A DNA stretch of 64,000 bases from Macrostomum hystrix (Eukaryota > Animalia > Platyhelminthes): positions 7,192,001-7,256,000 of the forward strand of contig CATNEN010000038.1 of NCBI GenBank assembly GCA_950097015.1, given 5' to 3'. Position numbers and translations under genes: made by a program. The stretch's first letter is position 1, and each line of letters starts with the position of its first letter. Of the stretch, positions 53,941 through 64,000 are shown piece by piece. The notes under the pieces are model-generated. The model was not told where the DNA came from, did no database searches, and saw only the letters and a program-made list of their open reading frames with translations.

Positions 53941-54234
53941 TTATTCAGTTAAAACTCTTCGTTCCTGTTTGAACTGCCCTTGTCAGCAGTGACCTTTGTG
54001 TGTTCGCTGCAAAGTTTTATCGTTTGCTACCCACCCATTCCTGGTTGAATAGTTAGCGCTGCTTCATTCATTTTTTACTTTGACTCTAAGACCTTTAAGT
54101 CTCTGGCACCTTTTTAGTTGGCTGCATGTACACTTGTTCATCGTGCCTGCTCAGCCTATCCACTCTCAATACCATTTATTTGTCGCTATAAAAGTCTCGC
54201 TCAAACTTCGCTCTCTTCGCTTTTCAAATAAACG

Positions 54235-54273
54235 GACCCTGACGAAGGCCCAGAAAGGGCCGAAATATTGGTC
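54235..54273 (+). ncRNA. Minimal type I hammerhead ribozyme motif
   Basis: GACC-CTGACGA-A-GGCCC(AGAAA)GGGCC-GAAA-TATT-GGTC. Confidence 0.8.
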
Positions 54274-54283
54274 TATCTATCTC

Positions 54284-54326
<43 letters not shown>

Positions 54327-54351
54327 CTCTATCTATCTATCTATCTATCTC

Positions 54352-54382
<31 letters not shown>

Positions 54383-54397
54383 CTCTATCTATCTCTC

Positions 54398-54428
<31 letters not shown>

Positions 54429-54441
54429 CTACCTATCTATC
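54274..54441. repeat. (CTAT)n microsatellite, right flank
   Basis: Direct inspection. Confidence 0.97.
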
Positions 54442-55164
54442 TGACGGAGTGGGGCTGGTGCTGGTTCCGGAGGTAATTGATTTTGCACGAAGTTCCTGGG
54501 CTTTTGTGGCGGGCCAAAAGGCACAAATTTTGACCAGAATAGACTCAAACGGGGAGTAGACTCAAAAGAGTTCCAAGCCAACAATTTTCGCCGTCGTCCC
54601 GTGCTCAAGTCAGTGCGCGGCTCTCTGTCTCGTTTCTCTCTTCGCCCCCCCCTCCGTCCCTCCCCAGCAGCAGCATCGGGATAAGATGCCAAATATTCCG
54701 GGTGCACACTCCGCGAATAGTAAAAATGGGCGACACACGCACACACATACACAAACATTCGGGCGCCCTAGAGTTAAAAGTACATTGCACAGCGAGCCAG
54801 CGCGGCCCAACCCGATCCGAACGGCTCGAACTCGCCCCTCCCCCCCGCCCGCTTTGGTGGCGCTCCGCTGCGCGTGCAGGCCCACTAAATCCTGCCTTGC
54901 CTACCAAAAAAGATTCTCCCGCGGCGGCGTCCCCTCTCGGCGCTGGCCATTCTCCAAAAGTAGTCTACTCTCTTCTCTCGGCCTCTCCGCACTTTAGCAG
55001 CCGCCAAGGTCCGGCCAGGCCCAGGCATATCTTTATCTCCCTCCCACCCCACACACAGCTCCCAGGAGATCCTGTGCAGCCAGCTTTATCACCTCTGGCG
55101 CTTTGCCCGATTCCACAAGCCCAGATTCTCCCATAGGTATTCGGGCGTGGCGCCTTCAGTCAAC

Positions 55165-55206
55165 ATCAGCAGCAGCAGCATCAGCAGCAGCAGCAGCAGC
55201 AGCAAC
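55165..55206. repeat. (CAG)n microsatellite
   Basis: Direct inspection. Confidence 0.9.
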
Positions 55207-55799
55207 AAGTGCTGTTACGATGAAAAAAAATCTGTTTGCTCGTTTCAAATAACGCGCTGTACATGCCGCTGTCTTTGCATGCATCATGCAGTCTGCAGAC
55301 CTGACATTTTTCATAACTTATAACCAAATCCGCGACATTTAATTGGGCCTTTTGTGAACCCATGCAAAAAAACGAACACATTCTTTGGGTCTCGCCAAAG
55401 GACGCCGGCTTTCCCCGTGGTGTCGCGAATCGAACCCTTGACTTTTAAGTCGTGAGTCTGACGCTCTATCCACTAGGCAACAACCCAAACATGGATGGTA
55501 GAGAGTTGAAATATGAAGATTGATTGATTGATACAAGCAGATTAGATTAGATCGAGATATATAAACTTGAAATAATATAACACTTGTTGATACTTGGATC
55601 TAGCTCACCAGTTGCTCGTCCTCATGGCACAGCAAGTCCGTAGCGGCGCCAGCTGTTTTGTCTCTGTCGTCGCTAAACGTACGATACTTCACAGTCAGTT
55701 TTTGTATTTTGAAATTCTGTCGAGCTCCGATGCAAGCAGTTATATTTGGCAGTGCTCTGGCAGATTTCGCTGGTTAGTGCTCTCCTTTAGCCCCAGCAT

Positions 55800-55965
55800 A
55801 CTGTCTCTAACTCTGCCTTCGCGGGCCAGCCAATCAGAGTGCAGCAGTGTTGTGTTGCTGTGTTCACGTTGAGGTCCATGCGAAAACAGGTTTACCAGAC
55901 GATTTCATTGGCTAGGCTATAGAGTACTCTCAAAACTCCGAACCTTATTTTTCCGTAGCCAACGA
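55800..55965. promoter_or_regulatory. Candidate bidirectional promoter with opposed CCAAT boxes
   Basis: AGCCAATCAGAG at 55828-55839 (+) and AGCCAATG at 55906-55913 (-), between a minus-strand donor (55608) and a plus-strand donor (GTAAGT, 56015). Confidence 0.45.
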
Positions 55966-57601
55966 AATGGTGGCAAAATGATAAATTACGAGTATTCAGA
56001 CTAGCAAAGCAATAGTAAGTTATCAAGCAGACAAATCTGTCTCGACTAGAATTTCGTCAGTTACAATCGTTTTTTAGTACGCTGCAGAATTCGTTGCGAT
56101 CTATAAAGTATACTCAAAAAGTAAGGAAGCATAAAAAAAATTCGTCTGGCACACAATTAAATTATTACGATTTTTTCTGTTAATTACTCCATTATTGATA
56201 TGAGACAGATAAATATGTGTCTACTTAAGACAGTACTCCATTTACTAATTTACTGCTACTGAATGTAGTGGTTCTTTGAGACATAATTTTTATCTAATAA
56301 GTTATTAGGTGCACATGTAGTCAATATTATATTTTTTAAAACGACTATTTTAAAGAATGGGTAGACTTAAACATAGAAAATATATATTCATATATTTATC
56401 TATATATCAATCATATTCTATCGTCGAGGGCTCTATAGCGCACATTAGTCCCTAGCTTCGGTCTGCTGTTCTTGCCTTTTTACCTAGCGGAATCGGGGAT
56501 GAGTTGTAGCAATAAGTTAAAACAAATTCCCAACATTTATTGCCTAAAAATACCATCGAGGTAAGATTCAGCCCTGAATTCCAATGCGGAAAAAATGTAA
56601 AAGCACTTAAAAGAGCTTTATATCTGAAAATTGAAACTTTTTTGCATACACTAGATTTTGGCTACAATTTCAACTCATAGGTTTAATCTGCTTTTTTGGG
56701 GATTACGTGAAATGTGGGGATAATGTCAGTCAAATTGATTGGTAATAAAAAATTATAAAATCATCGTCTATTCAAAGCGGAAGTAGTTTTACAGTAAAAT
56801 TTTAAAAAAGTCTTTCAAATTTCTGTTATTATTTTTTCTTTTTTTCAACTGTGTTTTTATATTTAGTCAATTAAGATTTTCATTTTTAGTATATTAGATA
56901 ATTCTTTTTCTGTTTAAGTTATGTGATTTTATCAATTAACCGAAATTTTCTCATTCAAATAGAAAAAGCTGTATTAATAGCAAGTATTTTTAGATGCATA
57001 CTTTTGTGGTGAAGAATTATAATCCTTGTCATCATTTTATGTAACATTCAACAGGATTTAATTTCATGATTTGAGATAACTTTGTTAGGTTTCTTCCAAT
57101 TATTTACTAATTTGCGTTTAGCATCCAGCACAACATGATCAATGTAAACTACAGAGCTAAACTTTACATTTGATTGATATTTATTTGATAGACTTATTTG
57201 AGTATTTTACAAGGTGTAGCCAATAAATAGTGACTTTAATCACGAGCCTTCGTCTTTGAGTTGAAAATTTATACAAAAAATTATATAGCTCGTATCGATA
57301 TTTAAGCTAAGAAAAACATACTAAAAATGAAATACGTTTTCATGTGAATTTATAATAGAAATTAACAAAAAATATACTAGTATACACGCAATCAGAGGTT
57401 ATTGATTTCATTTAACATTTATCAGCAATGTGAACAGAAAAGACGAGATTTTTCGCATTCGTTCAAACAGATTTTTCAAATAACTGTCACGTCTGATGCT
57501 TAAATTTTTAATAAAAATGTTTCGAAGTTAGTCTTAAAAAATTATTTTAGGCTTTTCAGGCGCTACCCCTCGATTCGCGACTCGATGTCACTCGGTCGCG
57601 A

Positions 57602-60600
57602 ATGGGTAATATCTGCTCGCGCCTCTTAGACCAGCTGAAGCAGCAACAGCAGCAGCTTGGGCCACTGATTCCCCTGCTGAAGGAGCTCTACGAAGTCTAC
57701 AACATTACGAGCCGCGAGTTTCCTATCGAAGCGGAGCGCGATCTCGCCTGCAAGGCGCTGGCTCACGCGCTGGTCAGCGCAGCTGGCGGTGAAGTTATTC
57801 GCCGACTGGTGCAGCTGCTGGAGTCGATCATCGCGCAGCACGCGGCCAGAGGCGACTTTGAAGCTTCGCCGGACAATAAGACGGTCGTCTCACTGCTTCT
57901 GCGAGGCTTTCACAACTTTTCCGACTGCAGCGTTGATTTCGTGCGCGCCTTGGCCGCTTCTGAGGCCTTTTGCCGCGGCTGCTGCCTAAAGGTGCTGAAT
58001 AACTGGACTCCGCTGTTTCTCCAGGGTCGGCTGGGCGCGGAGGCAGGCCAAAGCCTGCGCCGCCTGATAGACATCCTGTACAATGCCTACTTCAAGCTCG
58101 ACACCGAGACGGACTCTCACCTCGCCGCTTACGACTTTGTAGAACCAGCCAAGCCGTTGCTGAGGTCATCGGACGAGAGAATGTCCGTGAGTTATGTTAC
58201 TATTTCTTGACCTCGCTCAAATGGTAGCCCTACTAAACTTGTTGAGTCTTGGAGCAATGTAAAGCTACCCAGCCTTCGGACGCCGGAGGGGCTTCAACGA
58301 ACGTGTAATCAGTAATTCACGCCCCTCAAATGTTTTATGCCTTGTCTACCCCTTAAAAGAATCAGCTGCTTTGACGTCAGACGTTGCAGCTGTGTCACTC
58401 GAGAAATTTTCAATTCTGATCGCTCTTGCGGCTTAAAATCCTGTTGACGCAAGTGCCGAATACAACTCAAAATAAATCGCGCCCGCAGTTCTCCGCTCTG
58501 CTTCTGGTTTGCTTCGCTTTGGACGAAAGCAAAGCGGAGTTTTACCTGGGTCAGAAGGAGTCCATCTCTTTGCTCATCAACACCCTAAATCGTTCAATTG
58601 GCAGCAAGAATCGACGCTATTTAGGCTACCACACCTTGGAGCTCGCCAAATGTAAGCCTGGACTCGAATATTTTTTTACATACACCTGAGGGCTGCGGGC
58701 AATGGCGCATCATTTGGTCTTCGTGACACTAGACCTGTAACTAGCGAGGAGGCAATTCTGCCCGTTTCGCTGACTCCTGAGCACACACGCACACAGATAC
58801 CGTACGCAGGCACATACTAACAGGGGTGTCTACATCTGCCCAGACTTTCTCATCGTCAGGCAGTGTACACTCTCACTGTGCCTTGGAGGTTGTCCCCTTA
58901 AAGGGCGTTAATGCACGAAAATTAATGAATGCTTGTGGCCTCGCTGCGGAATCGAGCTCAGGGACCTTGGATCTTCACAACGTCCACCATCACAGAAAGG
59001 CATTACTTTGCCTCTCGTAGTGAGGTGAAAAATGAACTGTAGCTCGTACCTAGGGGATGCTATCACTTACAACGAACCCACCACAAACCGACCAGGTGTC
59101 AACCGCATCGCTCTGAACGACATTAACAAGGAGCTGCTCGTGGAGCTGAAGCTTTTACCTGTCCTTCATCGCCTCCTGGACGGCGGCAAACCGGACGAGA
59201 TGGGTGCGGCCGTCAATGTGCTGTTCACGCTAAGCTTCAACCAGGTGGTGCGCGATCAAGTAGGTCGCGAGTTCGCGGCCAAGCTAGGCAAGCTGGCCAC
59301 AGAGTCTCGCTGGTCCGGCCTTGACTCGCTGCAGGGCCTGCTGTTCAAGCTGAACTCGCCAGCTGCCGGGTCGCCGCCCGCTGGCCAGGCCATGGGAAAG
59401 CTGACCTCGGCCAAAGCCAAGAAGGCTCCAGTGGGCGCACGAGGCGACGCCGCTCCCGATGCCGTCGAGACAGCAAGCAGCAGCGCATTCCACGTGATGA
59501 TCAGCTATCAGCATGAGTCTAAGGAGCTGGTGTCACGAATTCGGGAACAGTTAAAGCTAAATGGAGTGAAAGTGAGAAGCCTTGAGCACAAAATTTGCTA
59601 CTCATAAGTAGTTCTTAAAAAAAATATAATTTTTAAAGTTGCTCTTATTAAAGCGGAATTCATCCTGGTCTCATAGGTGTGGATCGACTACGAGCAGATG
59701 ACGGATGGATCGACCCTGAGTGCAATGGCCGACGCCGTGGAGAACTCGGCCATTGTGCTCATGTGCATGTCCCGCCGCTACAAGGACAGCAACAACTGCC
59801 GCCTGGGTGAGTGCCTGCTCACACATGCCCTAGCCTCACCCCCACCTGTTCTAACCTGACCTCCAGCTGTTCTAAACTGACCCCCACCTGTTCTAAACTG
59901 ACTTCCTCCTGTTCTAAACTGACCCCCACCTGTTCTAAACTGACTCCCTCCTGTTCTAAACTGACCCCCTGTTCTTAACTGACCCCACCTGTTCTAAACT
60001 GACCTCCACCTGTTCTAAACTGACCCCCACCTGTTCTAACCTAACCTTCACCTGTTCTACACTGACCCCCCTGTTCTTAACTGACCCCACCTGTTCTAAA
60101 CTGACCTCCACCTGTTCTAAACTGACCCCCACCTGTCCTTACCTGACACCCCCTGTTCTTAACTGACCCCGACCTGTTCCATTAACCTGACCCCGACCTG
60201 TTCCATTAACCTGAACCCCACCTGTTCCATTAACCTGACACCGACCTGTTCCATTAACCTGACCCCCACCTGTTCCATTAACCTGACCCCCACCTGTTCT
60301 TAACTGAACCCCACCTGTTATATTAGCCTGACCCCCACGTGTCCTAACCTGACCCTCACCTGTAATAACTTGACCCCCACCTGTAATCACTTGCCCCCCA
60401 CCTGTAATAACTTGACCCTCACCTGTAATAACTTGCCCCCACCTGTAATAACTTGCCCCCCACCTGTAATAACTTGACCCTCACCTGACATAACCTGACC
60501 CCTACCTGTAGAAACCTGACCCCCACCTTAAATAACCTGACCCCAGAGGCGGAGTACGCGCACCGCAGCAACAAGAAGCTGATTCCGCTGCTGATGGAGC

Positions 60601-61127
60601 GCGGCTACAAGCCCAATGGCTGGCTTGGCCTCATCCTGGGTGCTGGGCTGTACCACGACTTCTCCGGCAAATATCCCTTCGAGGCCAAGCTGCCGGAGCT
60701 GCTGAGCGCGATTCGTAAGTTTCTCGAACTCGACTCCGTCGACGCCGCCCCGCGGCCTGTCGGACAGTCGCGGCAGAATCAAGCGACGCCGACTGGCCCG
60801 AAGCCCGCAGTCAGCCGGCTGGAACACGAGATGCCGACCCCGCCACCGCCTCCGCTGCCGCCGATTGTTGGCAAGTTGGAGAAATCTTTGACAGACATTA
60901 GTGCCTGGACTGCCGTCGACATTGACGCGTGGCTGGGCCGGAGGAGCGACGGCCAGGCGATGATTCAGTGGCTGCGCGGTCGCCGACTGACCGGGGTGGC
61001 TCTAAGGGTGCTGCTGGACATGCGCAAGCGGGCGCCGCAAGCCTTCTACGCCACGGTTGAGAAACACTTCGACTTCGGCGAGTTTGCACTGATGGCCGAG
61101 TTTATCAACGCCTTGGAGGAGCTGTGA
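57602..61127 (+). CDS. ARM-like / TIR (TIR_2-type) / SAM-like protein, 644 aa, 5 coding exons
   Basis: Exons 57602-58186, 58489-58651, 59096-59571, 59677-59806 and 60547-61127, all GT-AG with consistent phases, total 1935 nt. TIR: HVMISYQH...KVWIDYEQM..GSTLSAMADAVENS..VLMCMSRRYKDSNNCRLEAEYA...KLIPLLME.GYKPNGWLGLILG. C-terminal WTAVDIDAWL...LTGVAL is SAM-like. Confidence 0.9.
58685..58970 (-). mobile_element. SINE family B in intron 2 of the TIR gene
   Basis: Homologous to 10972-11320. Confidence 0.82.
59830..60546. repeat. ~20-23-bp minisatellite filling intron 4 of the TIR gene
   Basis: Unit CTGACCCCCACCTGTTCTAAA, grading to ...TAATAACTTG variants. Confidence 0.93.
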
Positions 61128-62512
61128 ATGCGTTGCATCACCAAGTGGTTGAACTGTGAATGAGTTGCATCACCAAGTGGTTGAACTGTGAATGAGTTGC
61201 ATCACCAAGTGGTTGAACTGTGAATGAGTTGCATCACCAAGTGGTTGAACTGTGAATGAGTTGCATCACCAAGTGGTTGAACTGTGAATGAGTTGCATCA
61301 CCAAGTGGTTGAACTGTGAATGAGTTGCATCACCAAGTGGTTGAACTGTGAATGAGTTGCATCACCAAGTGGTTGAACTGTGAATGAGTTGCATCACCAA
61401 GTGGTTGAACTGTGAATGAGTTGCATCACCAAGTGGTTGAACTGTGAATGAGTTGCATCACCAAGTGGTTGAACTGTGAATGCGTTGCATCACCAAGTGG
61501 TTGAACTGTGAATGAGTTGCCTCATCAACTGGGTGAGCTGTGAATGAGTTGCCTCATCAACTGGGTGAGCTGTGAATGAGTTGCCTCATCAACTGGGTGA
61601 GCTGTGAATGCGTTGAATCACCAAGTGGTTGAACTGTGAATGAGTTGCCTCATCAACTGGGTGAGCTGTGAATGAGTTGCCTCATCAACTGGGTGAGCTG
61701 TGAATGCGTTGAATCACCAAGTGGTTGAACTGTGAATGAGTTGCGTCATCAACTGGGTGAGCTGTGAATGAGTTGCCTCATCAACTGGGTGAGCTGTGAA
61801 TGAGTTGCCTCATCAACTGGGTGAGCTGTGAATGCGTTGAATCACCAAGTGGTTGAACTGTGAATGAGTTGCCTCATCAACTGGGTGAGCTGTGAATGAG
61901 TTGCCTCATCAACTGGGTGAGCTGTGAATGAGTTGCCTCATCAACTGGGTGAGCTGTTAATGAGTTGCCTCATCAACTGGGTGAGCTGTGAATGAGTTGC
62001 CTCATCAACTGGGTGAGCTGTGAATGCGTTGAATCACCAAGTGGTTGAACTGTGAATGAGTTGCCTCATCAACTGGGTGAGCTGTGAATGAGTTGCCTCA
62101 TCAACTGGGTGAGCTGTTAATGAGTTGCCTCATCAACTGGGTGAGCTGTGAATGAGTTGCCTCATCAACTGGGTGAGCTGTGAATGCGTTGAATCACCAA
62201 GTGGTTGAACTGTGAATGAGTTGCCTCATCAACTGGGTGAGCTGTGAATGAGTTGCCTCATTAACTGGGTCAGCTGTGAATGAGTTGCCTCATTAACTGG
62301 GTCAGCTGTGAATGAGTTGCCTCATTAACTGGGTCAGCTGTGAATGAGTTGCCTCATTAACTGGGTCAGCTGTGAATGAGTTGCCTCATTAACTGGGTCA
62401 GCTGTGAATGAGTTGCCTCATTAACTGGGTCAGCTGTGAATGCGTTGCCTCATCAACTGGGTGAGCTGTGAATGAGTTGCCTCATTAACTGGGTCAGCTG
62501 TGAATCAGTTGG
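61119..62512. repeat. 31/32-bp minisatellite starting at the TIR stop codon
   Basis: Units GTGAATGAGTTGCATCACCAAGTGGTTGAACT and GTGAATGAGTTGCCTCATCAACTGGGTGAGCT. Confidence 0.96.
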
Positions 62513-63299
62513 GTCGTTCTCGACCTTGATTTTTGTTACGCATATTCTTGCCGCTGAAAAATGACTGTGATTTATGATCGGATAAAGTTTTTGTGAATTC
62601 GGCACGCATATTTACTATTTAAAATCTTTAGCTTAAAAATTTAAATGAAATTATTTTTTCTGACTGTTTAATAAATCAAGCAGCTTTTTGCCATCGTTGT
62701 TACATGAGTTCTCTTTTAGATATTTTATTAGAATCTCTGCACTTTAAAGCTAGCCTCGTGAACTTTCTAAGAAATTTAGTTTCTTTTCTGGAAACAAAAA
62801 TAAAATTGCTTTTCGAAAATCATTGACTGTCCTTAACTCGGGCGTGATAAAATTAGAAAAATCGTATTTTTCGATGACAAGATTAAGAACTGGGACTTAT
62901 TAGACTAATTTTCAAGGCTTTCTGGTTACCTGCAGTAATAATTATTTACCGCATTTTTATCGAAAGGATACTGCAAATACAATAGGAGCATTTGTTGGAA
63001 GTATTGCAGACAACAGTTGAGGAATGAAGGAATTAAGTACATATACATAGATTTTCATGAACATGTTCATACATGAAAAGGTCCATGCATCTCATATTCA
63101 TACACATTGATTTTTAGAGCAGGGAGGATAAGATCGCGCAATAACAAGTAAGCATTATTCGGTCTAAATAAGGTCAAATAAGGTCACAAAGGGTTACTCT
63201 CACAAAATAATCTGGATCACCTGTTTAAAACACAGAATTTTTAACAATAAACTGAATACACAGATTGTATTGTATTTACAACATGTATTTACATTGCAG

Positions 63300-63603
63300 G
63301 TTGTAGCCTAGTGGTTAGGGCGTCGGACTCGCGACTTGAAGGTCGGGGGTTCGATTTCCGACTCCACTGAAACAATTTGTGTTCGTTAGCAAGACACTTA
63401 ACTCTGCATCGTTTCAGATCACCCAGCTGTTAAATGGGTACCAGCATCAGCTGGGATAATTGAAGGTGGGTGTGGCGTCCCCCAGTCCATGGACTGAACA
63501 GCTCTACGCAGCCTTCAGATGCGCTGCGCAATAGCTGCGACTGTGCTGTCGGCTGCACACCTGGCCCGATTGGGGCAGGTGTAATCAATTATTATTATTA
63601 TTA
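63300..63603 (+). mobile_element. SINE family A (tRNA head, CORE-like centre, stem-loop and (ATT)n tail), full length
   Basis: A box TAGCCTAGTGG; B box GGTTCGATTTC; centre GCAAGACACTTAACTCTG...CTGTTAAATGGG; 3' hairpin CACCTG...CAGGTG; ATTGCAG on both sides (possible TSD). Confidence 0.9.
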
Positions 63604-63792
63604 ATTAAAATTGCAGCTTACACTATAAACACCACAGGGGTATTTCAAATACCCCGTGGTGTTTCCACATGGGAAATAAGCCTGGTAATCTTAATGCCTT
63701 TAATGCCTTTAAAGTTTAAATTCTCGTAGATAATATTTTGTTAATATCGAACTAATCGATATTCGCCAGAACGCGAAAAAAGACGCGTACAG

Positions 63793-64000
<208 letters not shown>

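Larger units (their letters stand above)
53247..54273 (+). mobile_element. Penelope-like (pLTR) or retrozyme-like non-autonomous element inserted in (CTAT)n
   Basis: Flanked on both sides by (CTAT)n. Ends with TATAAAA (54187), AATAAA (54227) and a hammerhead motif, and contains 150-bp internal repeats. Confidence 0.7.

Noticed and set aside
58843-58862. CTGACGA-TGA-GAAAG in SINE B (minus strand) as a hammerhead
   Set aside because: There is no stem II and no convincing stems I or III.
57602-61127. Calling the TIR gene SARM1 or MyD88
   Set aside because: The domain order and TIR motifs differ (single C-terminal SAM-like region, no death domain), so no symbol was assigned.
63300-63370. tRNA gene
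   Set aside because: A and B boxes are present, but it continues into a shared SINE body and tail, and multiple diverged copies exist.

Overview
Eukaryotic (invertebrate) genomic DNA. The GTGAG-rich donors, short GC-rich exons and minisatellite-packed introns suggest a free-living flatworm such as Macrostomum; this is an inference only. Most of the window (<143 to ~46.4 kb, possibly 55.7 kb) is one minus-strand multi-exon MPDZ/PATJ (InaD-like) gene. I reconstructed it by hand with GT-AG sites and consistent phases: 10 PDZ domains in view, no L27 or PDZ1 visible, and it runs off the left edge. Its introns hold a nested, antisense, intronless 1346-aa ankyrin-repeat gene, a defective mariner, two tRNA-derived SINE families, MITE/foldback elements and many private minisatellites. 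Upstream, a ~1 kb element ending in a minimal hammerhead ribozyme sits in a (CTAT)n tract. Head-to-head on the plus strand is a 5-exon, 644-aa ARM-like/TIR/SAM-like gene, followed tail-to-tail by an InaF-motif gene cut by the right edge. The best leads are: a frame-symmetric MPDZ exon carrying two AKAP-consensus (PKA-anchoring) helices; a possibly lipid-anchored, domain-shuffled SARM1-like TIR protein; the hammerhead element; minisatellites apparently grown from adjacent splice sites and a stop codon; and a TIR-bounded element carrying an unknown small ORF.
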